A DNA stretch of 64,000 nt from Bacillota bacterium (GTDB taxonomy: Bacteria; Bacillota_I; Bacilli_A; Acholeplasmatales; Acholeplasmataceae): assembly GCA_018818645.1 (NCBI GenBank), contig JAHIRQ010000171.1:4778-68777 (forward strand), read 5' to 3'. Shown here piece by piece: positions 40,875 through 52,132 of the stretch. The translations under genes and the position numbers were made by a program. Below the pieces are notes generated by a model. The model saw only the letters and a program-made list of their open reading frames with translations, was not told where the DNA came from and ran no database searches. Position 1 is the stretch's first letter; the number at the start of each line of letters is the position of its first letter.

Positions 40875-41432
40875 TTAGCTTTCGTCTTTTACTTTATGTA
40901 CCATCAAAATATGTGGTGGATGATTATCTTGATATGGAAGATTTATTTTGATAACTTTATAGGTATCTGTATCTAAATGATTTAGGAAATGATGGAGAGC
41001 TTCTGACTCTCTTTTTCCCTCTTCATGACCCGTATATGAAACGATTTGTATAAAACCACCTATGGATAATTTAGGTAAAATAGATGAAATAGTGGACATT
41101 GTGGATTCAGTACGTGTTGTTATCGATTTATCACTATTTGGTAGATAACCTAAATTAAAGATTACAGCTTTATAGGATTTGCAATAGTGATTGATATTTT
41201 CATGTGAATCCAAAATGAGTTCTACATTATTCACTTGATTTTCACTTAACTTTTTTGCTGTTTCCTCGATTGCTTTTTCTTGAATATCAAATGCATAAAC
41301 TTTTTTGCTTAGGGAAGACAGATATAATGTATCATAACCATTTCCCATGGTTGCGTCGACTACAATATCACTACTTGTGATATATTCTTTTAGAAGATGA
41401 TGCGCATAATCAAGAATGAAGTTCTTTTTCAT
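40875..41432 (-). CDS. Class I SAM-dependent methyltransferase, YtqB/MnmM-like
   Basis: VVDATMGNGYDTLYLS SAM-binding motif. Adjacent to a ytqA-like radical SAM gene, as in Bacillus. Confidence 0.65.
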   Translation of the reverse strand: MKKNFILDYAHHLLKEYITSSDIVVDATMGNGYDTLYLSSLSKKVYAFDIQEKAIEETAKKLSENQVNNVELILDSHENINHYCKSYKAVIFNLGYLPNSDKSITTRTESTMSTISSILPKLSIGGFIQIVSYTGHEEGKRESEALHHFLNHLDTDTYKVIKINLPYQDNHPPHILMVHKVKDES

Positions 41433-42354
41433 AATAGTCCCCTTGAAATAATCCTAGCTTTCTTAATTTTTTATCAATTTCATTAGTTACCACAAATTTT
41501 TTTCTCGTCCAATTGGGTGCAATCAGCATATGACTTGGTGCATCCCCTGTAAGTCTATGAATGATAATATCTTTTCTTAACCACAATATCTGATCCACTG
41601 TTACATCAACATATTCTTCTAGAGTCATCATTTTCCATGGATTTTTGTTATAATCATGTCCCATTTTAGTTTTTTCCATCAAATGCAGCATATGAATTTT
41701 AATTCCTTGAATATCAAGAGTATTGATATGCTTCACAGTTTCAACCATCATATCCTTTGTTTCAAATGGAAGACCATTGATAATATGAACGACAACTTCA
41801 AGGTTTTTCTCTCTTAACCTTTTGACAGCATCATCAAAGATTGTTAAATCATGTGCTCTATTGATTAAATCTGAGGTGCTTTGATGGATGGTCTGTAGAC
41901 CTAGCTCGATTTGGACTGGCATCCTTGTGTTGAGCTCAGCAAGATATTCTAAAACATCATTTGGTAGAACATCTGGTCTTGTAGCAATCGATAGCATGAC
42001 AATATTCGGATCTAAAGTAATTGCCTCTTCATATAAGGCTTTTAATCTTTCTAGAGGAGCATGAGTATTCGTATTCGCTTGAAAGTAAGCGATATAATAT
42101 CCATCCTCCCATTTTTGATGCATCATGCTTTTAATCTTATCAAATTGAGACTTAAGTGGCTCTAATTTGTTACCAGCAAAATCTCCACTTCCCATAAATG
42201 AGCAAAAAGTGCAGCCACCACTAGCAACCGTTCCATCAATATTAGGACAAGTAAAACCACCATTTAGGGCGATTTTAAATACCTTCTTATTGTATTTTTG
42301 TAAATAATAATTATTCAATGTATTATAATGCTTTTCATGATTCATTAAGTTCAT
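41410..42354 (-). CDS. TIGR01212-family radical SAM protein (YtqA-like)
   Basis: CPNIDGTVASGGCTFCS cluster motif characteristic of this family. Confidence 0.8.
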   Translation of the reverse strand: MNLMNHEKHYNTLNNYYLQKYNKKVFKIALNGGFTCPNIDGTVASGGCTFCSFMGSGDFAGNKLEPLKSQFDKIKSMMHQKWEDGYYIAYFQANTNTHAPLERLKALYEEAITLDPNIVMLSIATRPDVLPNDVLEYLAELNTRMPVQIELGLQTIHQSTSDLINRAHDLTIFDDAVKRLREKNLEVVVHIINGLPFETKDMMVETVKHINTLDIQGIKIHMLHLMEKTKMGHDYNKNPWKMMTLEEYVDVTVDQILWLRKDIIIHRLTGDAPSHMLIAPNWTRKKFVVTNEIDKKLRKLGLFQGDYYEKELHS

Positions 42355-42425
42355 CTTTTTTCACCACTTACATTTTATCATATGGGAGATTATTATGATA
42401 TAATAAGACACAAGGAGTTGAAGGC

Positions 42426-43205
42426 ATGTTCAAGAGAATGACAACAAGTTTATCGAAGCCCCCGCTTGCGGTTTTTTTTATGAAAGATTCGTGGGTTAGA
42501 GCATTATTATATCTCTTTTTTCTTCCTTTATTGTTGATTATTCCACTTTTGATTCAGTCGACGATTCAAAAAGGAATGAGCATTTCAAGATATGATGCTT
42601 TAGTTCAAGTGATTCAAAAGGAATTTACAACCCAAAACACGTCCATATCAAATGGGATTTTAACATATGAGTCCAGTCTTAAAATCAATATCGATTATTT
42701 CTTTATCCACTTAGGAGATCAAGAAACAGAACGTTCACAAATCGTACTCAAGTTTGAAACAGAAGATATTGTACTTTATATGAGCAATACTGAATTTGCT
42801 CGAAAGAGCTATGAAGATATCAATTTGACGGATCACGATTTTTCTGATTATTCTTTAGAGAACTCAAGAAAATTAGCAAATTCTATTAAGGTTTTTTACG
42901 ATGAACAAGATATCTTTTTCATGGCAGATTTAATTATTATCTATAGAGATGGTCTCTATAATTATGTTTTCTATGTATTCTTAATGGTAATTATGATGAT
43001 GCTATTTGTTCCACAAATCCAAATTCCATATCGATATCGCTTTAAACTATCTATTTATCTATCCACTATATTGATTTTTATCCAATTGATCTTAGCGTTA
43101 TTTGGATTGAGTCAACTCGAATTCATCAGCATTTTTGCTCTCTATTTTTATCATATTTGGGCATATCGTTCCATGAAAACGATACAGAAAGGGGTTATAC
43201 TGTGA
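42426..43205 (+). CDS. Polytopic membrane protein, possibly a second DUF1189-like paralog
   Basis: N-terminal layout similar to the 8871 gene (short basic N-terminus, TM, soluble insert, C-terminal TM bundle). The stop overlaps the polC GTG start. Confidence 0.35.
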   Translation: MFKRMTTSLSKPPLAVFFMKDSWVRALLYLFFLPLLLIIPLLIQSTIQKGMSISRYDALVQVIQKEFTTQNTSISNGILTYESSLKINIDYFFIHLGDQETERSQIVLKFETEDIVLYMSNTEFARKSYEDINLTDHDFSDYSLENSRKLANSIKVFYDEQDIFFMADLIIIYRDGLYNYVFYVFLMVIMMMLFVPQIQIPYRYRFKLSIYLSTILIFIQLILALFGLSQLEFISIFALYFYHIWAYRSMKTIQKGVIL

Positions 43206-46200
43206 GTAAAGACAAATTTACGTTATTTTTAGAACAATCGAAATTTGTATCACCAGTTTTAAACAGTGCGAGCCTCGATCAGGTTTCCATCAATCTTGAT
43301 AAAAAAATCTGGGAGTTTTCAATTACACTCTCTGAATGTGTAGAACCAGAGGTCATTCTACCATTTATCACAAATCTAAAGAGTTATTTCTATGTTTCAA
43401 GAGTACTTTCATCGATACAGGTTCGCTTTAACTACAAGTCCATTCAGGATTTTGAGAAGTATGCGATGAGTTATTTTGATTATGCAATCATTGAACTATC
43501 AAAAGAAAAAGCAAGATACTTAGTATTAAAGAATTTTAAAACCCGTTTTGAGAAGGGGTCCTATATCCTTTCGATTGATCAAGATTCAACCTATATTCAA
43601 GAGTACTTTAAAGATGTTGAATCTGTATTTCAAGGCTTTGGATTACCTGCAAAGTTTAAGCTAGAAGTGATTCATACCCTTACACCAACATCAAAACTTA
43701 TCGAATCTTCGATTACAGAGCAAGATAAAGCAAACGAACAAAAACAAGAGTATGCTAAAAAAACAATTAAACAACAAAACATCAAGACATTTACAAAGAA
43801 GAGTAGCCCTCAAGCTATTTCCATCAAGGAAATACCACTTGATCAATATCGCCTAGATCAATATATGAATGAAAAAGGCGATACGAACTTTTTAATCGAA
43901 GGGGTCATTTCGAAGCTTGAAGTGAAGCAATTAACCAATACAACTCTCATGAGCTTTGTCTTAGGTGATGATGATGACGCAATTTATATCAAGCAATTTG
44001 TAAAAACAGATAAGGATAGAGATGTTGTCGCATCCCTGCATGATGGAGATTTAGTTCAAGTTAGAGGAAAAGCAAAATTCGATACATTTCAAAAGGATGT
44101 TGTTGTCTTTGCTGATGCAATCAATTTTATTGAAAAGAATAAAAAAGAAGAGCGATTAGATAAAGCTAAAGAAAAAAGAATTGAATTTCATGTCCATACG
44201 AAGATGTCCAATATGGATGCTGTAAATGATGCGACTGAATATGTTGAACAAGCAATCAAATGGGGTCATGAAGCAATCGCCTTTACGGATCATAATGGCT
44301 TATATGCATATCCTGAAATCTATAAAGCAACAAAAGGTAAAGATATCAAACCTATATATGGAGTTGAACTTGATTTTGTTGATGAAACCAATTTTGCAAT
44401 TACAACACATACTGAACAAACGATATTATTAAAAGATGCTAAATATGTAGTCTTTGATATTGAAACGACAGGTTTATCAGCAACTAGAGATAAAATTATC
44501 GAAATTGGTGCTGTTAAAATAGAATCTGGAGCAATTACAGAACGATATCAAACCTTTGTAAATCCTGGGGAATCCTTATCTCACTTTACAACTGAGCTTA
44601 CAGATATCACCGACGAAATGCTTGAACAAGCACCTACTATTGAAGCTGCACTTCCTGGATTCCTAAAATTCATTGAAGGTAGTATTTTAGTTGCACATAA
44701 TGCATTATTTGATATAGGTCATATCAGAGAAAATTCAAAAAGACTAGGTCTTGAGTTTGATGATTCTTTAGTCATCGATACACTCAATATGGCTAGATAT
44801 TTTTATAACAATGAGCTTAAACGGTTTAATTTAAAAGCTGTAGCAAAGCTTTTTAAAGTCAAACAAGAACAACACCATAGAGCTGATGATGATGCATTCG
44901 TCACCTCACAAATCTGGTTAAACATGTTAAATGATTTACTTCAAAAAGGAATTAAAGTCTACACAGAAATCAATGAAGCGATTGACTTAAAAGAAGCATG
45001 GAAGCATATCATGCCCTATCATATCAACATACTTACACAAACCCAAGTAGGATATAAAAACCTATTTAGAATTATTAGTGAATCCTTAACCACTAATTTT
45101 TATGGTGGACCAAGAGCCTTAAAATCTGTATTGAATAAATATAGAGAAGGCATTTTAGTCGGTAGTGGTTGCGCAAATGGAAACGTATTTGAAGCAGCAT
45201 TAAATCAAGGAGATGATAGCTTAAAGCAAGCAATCTCTTTCTATGATTATATCGAGGTTCAACCCCCTCAAGCCTACAAGCATTTAAAGGATGGATTGGG
45301 GCCTCTTGGTGCTGAAATTATAGAAGCAGTTATTGCGAAAATAGTTCGATTTGCTAAGGAACAGAATAAAATTGTGATTGCTTCAGGTGATGTTCATTAC
45401 CTAGAGAAAAAGGATGTACTCTACCGCGAAATTTATATTCGTACACCACTTGTTGGTGGAGGAATTCATACACTTTCTAAATACAATACCATGCCAGAAC
45501 AATACTTTTTGACTACTGAAGAAATGCTAAAATCTATGGCTTTTTTGGGCAAAGACTTAGCACATGAAATCGTTGTCAAAAATACAAATCTATTAAACAG
45601 CATGATTGAAAAAATTCAAGCGTTTCCTAAAACATTATATTCTCTTCCTAATGATGCTTTTAAGGATCTTTTAGGTATTGAATCCATCTCTGATGAAGTG
45701 AAAAGACTTGTTTATGATAAGATGCAATACCTTTATGGCAATGTGCCTCATCAACTCGTTACCGAACGTGTATCAAGGGAATTGAAAAATATTATTGATA
45801 ATGAGTTCGCACCAAATTACTACATTTCACATTTACTTGTTAAAAAATCACTAGATGATGGATACCTGGTTGGGTCTCGTGGATCTGTTGGTTCATCTTT
45901 TGTTGCCACACTGCTAGATATCACTGAAGTTAACCCATTAAAACCTCACTATAGATGTCCAAATGGCGATTTTACGGCTTTTTATCTAACAGATGAAGAG
46001 ATACATCACTTCGGAATTACGAAGGAACAAAAGGATTTTCAGCCCTTTTTAAAAGGTATTCAATCCGGTTATGATCTACCTACCAAAGATTGTCCAATCT
46101 GTAAAGCTAGATTGATTAAAGATGGTCATGATATACCATTTGAAACCTTCTTAGGCTTTGATGGAGATAAAGTACCTGATATCGATTTAAACTTTTCAGG

Positions 46201-47659
46201 CGATTATCAATCGATTGCACATAACTATGTCAAAGATCTTATTGGTGAAGACCATACATTTAGAGCAGGAACCATATCAACTGTTGCTGAAAGAAATGCC
46301 TATGGTTATGTCAAAGGCTATTTAGAAGATAAAAATATACAAGCAAGAAGTGCACAAGTGGAAAGACTTGCTAAAAAAATCGAAGGTGTCAAGCGTTCGA
46401 CAGGTCAACATCCAGGAGGTATTGTTGTTGTTCCTAAATCGAAGACCATTTATGATGTAACACCAATTCAATATCCAGCAGATGATGTCAATTCGGAATG
46501 GAAGACTACACACTTTGATTATCACTCATTTGAATCCAATTTATTAAAATTAGATATACTTGGACATGATGATCCAACCATGATTAAATTCTTAATGGAT
46601 TATGTATTTGAGCATCCAAGTGAGTTTCCATTTGAACGTGCTCAAGATATTCCACTAGATGATCCTAAGGTTTATGAACTATTTTCAGGTACAGATGTCA
46701 TTAATGTCAAATCTCATGAAATTATGAGTGAGGTTGCATCCTATGCAATCCCAGAATTTGGGACACCATTTACAAGACAAATGCTCATCGATACAAAGCC
46801 TAAAACGTTTGCTGGTTTAGTTAAAATTTCAGGGCTATCCCATGGAACAGATGTTTGGATTAAGAATGCACAAGCACTAGTTTCTGGTAATACAGAATAT
46901 GGTAAAATTCCTTTTAACGATATCATTGCGTGTCGTGATGATATTATGGTTCAACTGACTGAGCGTGGTCTTCAACCACTCAAAGCATTTGATATTATGG
47001 AGTTTGTGAGAAAAGGTAAACCAAGTAAGGATCGTGCAACTTGGTTAGATTATGAACAAGAAATGAGAAGAAATAATGTGCCTGACTGGTACATTTGGTC
47101 GGCAAGTCAAATTAAGTATATGTTTCCTAAGGCTCATGCGACTGCATATGTCATCATGGCAATGAGAATCGCTTGGTTTAAAGTGTATAAGCCTTTACTA
47201 TTCTACAGTGGATTCTTTTCTAAGAGAGCTGTACAATTCGAATATGAAGTCATGATAGCTGGAGCAAATGCGATTAGAAATAAGTTGGTAACCTTAAATG
47301 AAGGTTATAATTTAAAGGTTAAGGATGAAAACTTAATTGTTACATTAGGTGTTGCGCTAGAAATGACAAAGCGTGGATTTCAATTTTTACCCATCGATAT
47401 TAATAAATCGGATGCAACAACATTCACCATGGAAGAAAAGGGATTAAGAATGCCGTTTTCTGCAATCGATGGATTAGGTGAAAGTGTTGCCCATGATATT
47501 ATTGAAAAGAGATTAGACAAACCCTTTACATCTAGAGATGATGTGAAGGAAAGAACTAGAATTAATAAGACAGTATTTGAAAAACTCGAATCTTTTGGAG
47601 CTTTTAAAGATTTAAAATCGGAAAATAATGTAATTGATGCGGGTTTGTTTGCACTTTAA
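43202..47659 (+). CDS. polC: DNA polymerase III alpha subunit, PolC type (with an internal 3'-5' exonuclease)
   Basis: PHP (FHVHTKMS), Exo motifs (VVFDIETTGLS, HNALFDIGH, HRADDDA) and the polymerase core. The GTG start at 43202 (VSKDKFTLFLEQ) follows AAAGGGG. Confidence 0.95.
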   Translation: MSKDKFTLFLEQSKFVSPVLNSASLDQVSINLDKKIWEFSITLSECVEPEVILPFITNLKSYFYVSRVLSSIQVRFNYKSIQDFEKYAMSYFDYAIIELSKEKARYLVLKNFKTRFEKGSYILSIDQDSTYIQEYFKDVESVFQGFGLPAKFKLEVIHTLTPTSKLIESSITEQDKANEQKQEYAKKTIKQQNIKTFTKKSSPQAISIKEIPLDQYRLDQYMNEKGDTNFLIEGVISKLEVKQLTNTTLMSFVLGDDDDAIYIKQFVKTDKDRDVVASLHDGDLVQVRGKAKFDTFQKDVVVFADAINFIEKNKKEERLDKAKEKRIEFHVHTKMSNMDAVNDATEYVEQAIKWGHEAIAFTDHNGLYAYPEIYKATKGKDIKPIYGVELDFVDETNFAITTHTEQTILLKDAKYVVFDIETTGLSATRDKIIEIGAVKIESGAITERYQTFVNPGESLSHFTTELTDITDEMLEQAPTIEAALPGFLKFIEGSILVAHNALFDIGHIRENSKRLGLEFDDSLVIDTLNMARYFYNNELKRFNLKAVAKLFKVKQEQHHRADDDAFVTSQIWLNMLNDLLQKGIKVYTEINEAIDLKEAWKHIMPYHINILTQTQVGYKNLFRIISESLTTNFYGGPRALKSVLNKYREGILVGSGCANGNVFEAALNQGDDSLKQAISFYDYIEVQPPQAYKHLKDGLGPLGAEIIEAVIAKIVRFAKEQNKIVIASGDVHYLEKKDVLYREIYIRTPLVGGGIHTLSKYNTMPEQYFLTTEEMLKSMAFLGKDLAHEIVVKNTNLLNSMIEKIQAFPKTLYSLPNDAFKDLLGIESISDEVKRLVYDKMQYLYGNVPHQLVTERVSRELKNIIDNEFAPNYYISHLLVKKSLDDGYLVGSRGSVGSSFVATLLDITEVNPLKPHYRCPNGDFTAFYLTDEEIHHFGITKEQKDFQPFLKGIQSGYDLPTKDCPICKARLIKDGHDIPFETFLGFDGDKVPDIDLNFSGDYQSIAHNYVKDLIGEDHTFRAGTISTVAERNAYGYVKGYLEDKNIQARSAQVERLAKKIEGVKRSTGQHPGGIVVVPKSKTIYDVTPIQYPADDVNSEWKTTHFDYHSFESNLLKLDILGHDDPTMIKFLMDYVFEHPSEFPFERAQDIPLDDPKVYELFSGTDVINVKSHEIMSEVASYAIPEFGTPFTRQMLIDTKPKTFAGLVKISGLSHGTDVWIKNAQALVSGNTEYGKIPFNDIIACRDDIMVQLTERGLQPLKAFDIMEFVRKGKPSKDRATWLDYEQEMRRNNVPDWYIWSASQIKYMFPKAHATAYVIMAMRIAWFKVYKPLLFYSGFFSKRAVQFEYEVMIAGANAIRNKLVTLNEGYNLKVKDENLIVTLGVALEMTKRGFQFLPIDINKSDATTFTMEEKGLRMPFSAIDGLGESVAHDIIEKRLDKPFTSRDDVKERTRINKTVFEKLESFGAFKDLKSENNVIDAGLFAL

Positions 47660-47711
47660 GAAAAGTATTATATAATAATATTGTATTTTAGAAAAAAGGA
47701 GTTGTTCATTT

Positions 47712-48431
47712 ATGCGTAGTTCAAATCCAGTATTCAGATCGATTGAAAGAAGTGAAGCTTATGCAAGTACTGAGGCTGCATCCTATAGAGGGATAGTCAT
47801 TAAGACTGGTGGTCTATTACTAACTGCAGTTTTAAGTGGATATCTAGCACTTGCTTATCTTCCAATTGAGCAATTGTATCCTTTATTTATCGCATCTATC
47901 TTTATCGCATTGATTGCTGTTCTGGTTGCATCATTTGTACCAAGAATTGCAGCACCTTTCGCGATATTATATGCACTTGCTGAAGGGGTAGTTTTAGGTC
48001 TAGTCACTATCATCTTTGATTCCATGGCACCCGGTGTTGCACTTGCAGCAGTTGTTGCTACAGGAGCTATATTTACTGTGATGTTATTCCTTTACTCAAG
48101 TAGAACGATTCGTGTGACTCCTCGATTTAGAAAAATCATGTATGGTGTTCTTCTAGGATTCCTATTATTTATTGTGATTGGATTTATTATGAGTCTTGCT
48201 GGCGTTGCTATTGCATTCAGTGATCCAATGCTACTAGGAATTAGTGCAATATTTATTATCTTTGGAGCACTCATGTTAACACTTGACTTTGATCGTGCTG
48301 AAATGATCGTTGAAAGTGGAGCAGATAGACACTATGAATGGGTAGTTGCTGTTGGTCTTATGGTAACAATCGTTTGGATTTATTTAGAATTACTTAGATT
48401 TTTAGTTATCCTTATGGGGAATAGAAACTAA
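47712..48431 (+). CDS. Bax inhibitor-1/YccA family membrane protein
   Basis: 7-TM protein with MRSSNPVF N-terminus typical of this family. Confidence 0.7.
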   Translation: MRSSNPVFRSIERSEAYASTEAASYRGIVIKTGGLLLTAVLSGYLALAYLPIEQLYPLFIASIFIALIAVLVASFVPRIAAPFAILYALAEGVVLGLVTIIFDSMAPGVALAAVVATGAIFTVMLFLYSSRTIRVTPRFRKIMYGVLLGFLLFIVIGFIMSLAGVAIAFSDPMLLGISAIFIIFGALMLTLDFDRAEMIVESGADRHYEWVVAVGLMVTIVWIYLELLRFLVILMGNRN

Positions 48432-48450
48432 AGATATAATCAAATATAAA

Positions 48451-48667
48451 ATCGTTGATGGGAAGTAGTACTTAAGGTTAACCCTGTTTTAGAGAGCGTA
48501 GGATGGTGAAATCTATGCCAGGAACTTTAACGAATTCATCCCAAAGAGATGCTAATCACATCCGTCTTGCCTGCGTTAAGGGTTTTGAGGGCTAGAAATA
48601 TTCTAGAACTAAGGTGGTACCGCGTAAACTTACGTCCTTAGCATTTGTTAAGGACTTTTATTTTTTT
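48451..48667 (+). promoter_or_regulatory. T-box riboswitch leader (Phe) controlling pheST
   Basis: Stem I GA motif (TTGATGGGAAGTAGTA), AGAGAG box, candidate UUC specifier at 48535-48537 followed by A, T-box sequence AAGGTGGTACCGCG at 48611-48624, and terminator GTCCTTA...TAAGGAC plus T-run at 48634-48667. A TATAAT lies at 48435-48440. Confidence 0.8.
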
Positions 48668-48685
48668 ATTGAAGGAGAAGAAAAA

Positions 48686-49702
48686 ATGATCAATGAACTG
48701 ATTGAATTAAAAAAACAGGCACTTAGTGAAATTGAAGTATCGAAAACCTTGCAGGAGGTTGAAGATATTCGCGTTCAGTATTTAAGTAAGAAGGGATCTA
48801 TTTCTCTGATGATGGGAAAGCTTAGAGAGCTTTCTCCAGAGGAAAGACCTTTATTTGGTGCTGAAGTCAACAATGCAAAAGCAGAGATTGAAAACGCACT
48901 TTATCAAAAGAAAACAGAGTTAGAAAATATCGAATTACTTCAAGTACTTGCAAGTGAGAAAATCGATGTTACCCTACCGGGTTATCAGTTTTATCAAGGT
49001 AGCATTCATCCTTTGCATCAAGTCATTGAAGATCTTGAGGATTTATTTGTCGGTATGGGTTATGATGTTGCTGAAGGACCAGAGTTAGAAAATGATCATT
49101 ATAATTTCGAAATGATGAATCTAGCTAAGGATCACCCAGCAAGAGGGATGCAAGATTCCTTTTATACCGATGAAAACACATTGCTTAGAACACATACTTC
49201 ACCTGTACAAGCTAGAACGATGCTAGAAAAAAAAGGTAAACCATTAAGAATCATCTGTCCTGGAAAAGTCTATCGTAGAGATGATGATGATCCAACACAC
49301 AGTCATCAATTTACTCAAATCGAAGGATTAGTCGTTGATGAACAAATCACTTTTGCAAACTTAAAGGATGCATTACTTAAAATGGTAAGACATTTATTTG
49401 GAGAAGATAGAGTTATCCGTCTTAGACCATCTTATTTTCCATTCACTGAGCCATCAGTAGAGGTTGATGTCTCCTATGTCAAAAAGGATGGAACACTAGG
49501 GTTTATTGAAATTCTAGGTGCCGGTAGAGTACATCCTAATGTCTTGAAGATGGGTGGATATGATCCAAAACAATTCCAAGGCTTCGCATTTGGTATCGGT
49601 GTTGAACGTATCGCAATTTTAAAATATAACATTGACGATATTCGTCATTTCTATACCAATGACTTAAGATTCTTGAGTCAATTCAAGGGGGTCAACCGAT
49701 GA
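48686..49702 (+). CDS. pheS: Phenylalanyl-tRNA synthetase alpha subunit
   Basis: Class II motifs ([24 protein letters not shown]). Start at ATG 48686 after GAAGGAG. The tracked start at 48614 lies inside the T-box terminator. Confidence 0.95.
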   Translation: MINELIELKKQALSEIEVSKTLQEVEDIRVQYLSKKGSISLMMGKLRELSPEERPLFGAEVNNAKAEIENALYQKKTELENIELLQVLASEKIDVTLPGYQFYQGSIHPLHQVIEDLEDLFVGMGYDVAEGPELENDHYNFEMMNLAKDHPARGMQDSFYTDENTLLRTHTSPVQARTMLEKKGKPLRIICPGKVYRRDDDDPTHSHQFTQIEGLVVDEQITFANLKDALLKMVRHLFGEDRVIRLRPSYFPFTEPSVEVDVSYVKKDGTLGFIEILGAGRVHPNVLKMGGYDPKQFQGFAFGIGVERIAILKYNIDDIRHFYTNDLRFLSQFKGVNR

Positions 49703-52062
49703 TTATTCTAGAAAGCATGCTCAAAAAATGGATATCAATTCCAGAAAATATTTTAGAATTAACCAATCAAAAGATTATCGAAGTGGATGATTTTGGACCA
49801 CTCAATAGCTCAACCAATTTAGTGGTTGGTCATGTTTTAACATGCGTTGACCATCCAAACTCCGATCACCTTCATGTTACGACCGTTGATTTAGGAGATC
49901 GAGTCGAGCAAATTGTTTGTGGGGCAACCAATGTTGCAGCAGGACAATATGTTATCGTTGCTCAAGTTGGTTCAGTGCTTCCTGGTGATTTTAAAATTAA
50001 AGCATCTAATATTCGTGGGGAATCATCTAATGGAATGATTTGTTCTCTAAAAGAGCTTGATATTGATGATAAAAATGCACCAATTGAGTTTAAAGAAGGA
50101 ATTTATCATTTTGATGGACCAAGAGAAATTGGTTCATCAGGACTCAATGCATTATCCTTAGATGGTTGGAAGATGACTTTAGGTCTCACTCCAAATCGTG
50201 CAGACTTAATGTCTCATTTAGGATTTGCTTATGATGTAGCGTCAATGACTGGTCAAAAGGTAAGTATACCTGCAATAAAAATCAAAGAATCGAGCAAAAC
50301 GAATCCAATCTCTGTTGATATAAAAACAGATGGCTGTGCGAGATATTATGCAAGACACTTTGAAAGCCTAGAAGTTAAGGAATCACCTTGGTGGTTAAAG
50401 AGTGCGTTAATCGCATCTGATATTAAGCCAATCAATAATATTGTTGATATCTCAAATTATGTTCTAATTGAATATGGGACACCACTCCATATGTTTGACT
50501 ATAATAAGATTGGATCCAACCAAATTTTGGTTAGATATGCTAAAGCAAAAGAAAAAGTCGTTACATTAGATGAAATAGAGCGAGAATTAAGCAAAGAAGA
50601 TGTAGTGATTACCAATGGCAAAGAAGTGATTGCAGTTGGTGGTGTCATGGGATTATATAACACCATGATTGATGAAAAAACCACTTCAGTTGTTCTAGAA
50701 GCTGCATATTTTGATCCAAAGCATATTTTAAAAACAAGTAAGAGACTGGGGCTTAGAAGTGATTCCTCGATTCGTTTTGAAAGAGGAATTGATCCAGAGC
50801 GTGTCTATTTGGGACTAGAGAGAGCAACTGAACTTCTTGTTGAACTTGCAAATGCGAAAGTCTCAAAAGGAGTTGCTACAAAGATTCAATATGAAATCAA
50901 AAATCCTGCAGTTAAGGTCAATAAAAACTATTTTAATGAATCCCTTGGAGTTGATATTCCAGAAAATGATTTATTATCATATTTTGATGCATATAATTAC
51001 AATTATAATTTTATTACGACGGGTGACTCGTATGAAATCACCGCACCAAGCTACCGCAGAGATTTATTAATTGATGCAGATTTCCTAGAAGAAATCGCTA
51101 GAATCTATGGTCTAGACTTAATACCAATGAAATCCATCGATAAACCATTACCTGGAAAACTAACCTTTAAACAAAAGAGATTAAGAGCACTCAGACACCA
51201 TTTAGCAAACCTAGGATTAAATGAAGTAATTACTTACTCATTAATCGCACCAAGTGAGGTGTATCGCTATAATAAAATGGGTGAATCTGTATCGATTTTA
51301 ATGCCTCTTTCAGAAGATAAAAAAACTTTAAGACAAAGCTTAGTTCATGGCTTACTTGAAACAATTAACTACAATCAATCTAGACAGCTAGATTCTGTTG
51401 CAGTCTTCGAAATGGGAAACTGTTTTGCTCAGGATATAGAGCATATGCATTTAGGTCTTGCAATGTCTGGTGCTTGGCATAAAAACCCTTGGAAAAAGGA
51501 ATCATTAACACCAGACTACTACACAGTCAAGGGTATTGTCGACAGTTTATTTCTACCACTGGATATTGAACTTGAATATAAAGAGACCTCTAAGGTTGAG
51601 GGATATCATCCTTATCGTCAAGCTAGTGTATTCTATAAGAACCTAGAAATTGGAATTCTTGCTGAACTTCATCCAAATGAAGCCAAGCGCTTGAATATTG
51701 ATGCTACAGTCATATTTGAAATCAATCTAACTCCATTACTCGAAAACCCAGTCCAAGTACGTTATACCCCAACCACTAAATATCCGAATATTACTAGAGA
51801 TTTAGCAATCGTTGTTGATGAATTGGTTACTGCCTCTGAGTTGATTTCAATCATCAAGCAAACTGTCAAAAAGAATTTAGTTCAAATCGATGTCTTTGAT
51901 GTATATCAAGGGACACATATTGAAAAAGGTAAAAAATCAATCGCATTCAATCTCGTTTTTAATGACTCTGAAAAGACATTAAGTGCTGAAGATGTTGACC
52001 AATTGATGAAAAAAATAACAGGTAGACTGAGTTTTACTTACAAGGCAGTCATTCGTAGCTAA
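49699..52062 (+). CDS. pheT: Phenylalanyl-tRNA synthetase beta subunit
   Basis: tRNA-binding, B3/4, B5 and FDX-ACB domain order. ATGA overlap with pheS. Confidence 0.95.
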   Translation: MIILESMLKKWISIPENILELTNQKIIEVDDFGPLNSSTNLVVGHVLTCVDHPNSDHLHVTTVDLGDRVEQIVCGATNVAAGQYVIVAQVGSVLPGDFKIKASNIRGESSNGMICSLKELDIDDKNAPIEFKEGIYHFDGPREIGSSGLNALSLDGWKMTLGLTPNRADLMSHLGFAYDVASMTGQKVSIPAIKIKESSKTNPISVDIKTDGCARYYARHFESLEVKESPWWLKSALIASDIKPINNIVDISNYVLIEYGTPLHMFDYNKIGSNQILVRYAKAKEKVVTLDEIERELSKEDVVITNGKEVIAVGGVMGLYNTMIDEKTTSVVLEAAYFDPKHILKTSKRLGLRSDSSIRFERGIDPERVYLGLERATELLVELANAKVSKGVATKIQYEIKNPAVKVNKNYFNESLGVDIPENDLLSYFDAYNYNYNFITTGDSYEITAPSYRRDLLIDADFLEEIARIYGLDLIPMKSIDKPLPGKLTFKQKRLRALRHHLANLGLNEVITYSLIAPSEVYRYNKMGESVSILMPLSEDKKTLRQSLVHGLLETINYNQSRQLDSVAVFEMGNCFAQDIEHMHLGLAMSGAWHKNPWKKESLTPDYYTVKGIVDSLFLPLDIELEYKETSKVEGYHPYRQASVFYKNLEIGILAELHPNEAKRLNIDATVIFEINLTPLLENPVQVRYTPTTKYPNITRDLAIVVDELVTASELISIIKQTVKKNLVQIDVFDVYQGTHIEKGKKSIAFNLVFNDSEKTLSAEDVDQLMKKITGRLSFTYKAVIRS

Positions 52063-52064
52063 AA

Positions 52065-52087
52065 ACCTGATTCGTCAGGTTTTTTTC
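52065..52087 (+). terminator. Rho-independent terminator after pheT
   Basis: ACCTGA ttcg TCAGGT stem plus T7. Confidence 0.7.
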
Positions 52088-52132
52088 ATGGTTTTTAACT
52101 GTTTTCGTGTATAATACTATATAGGTGATAAT

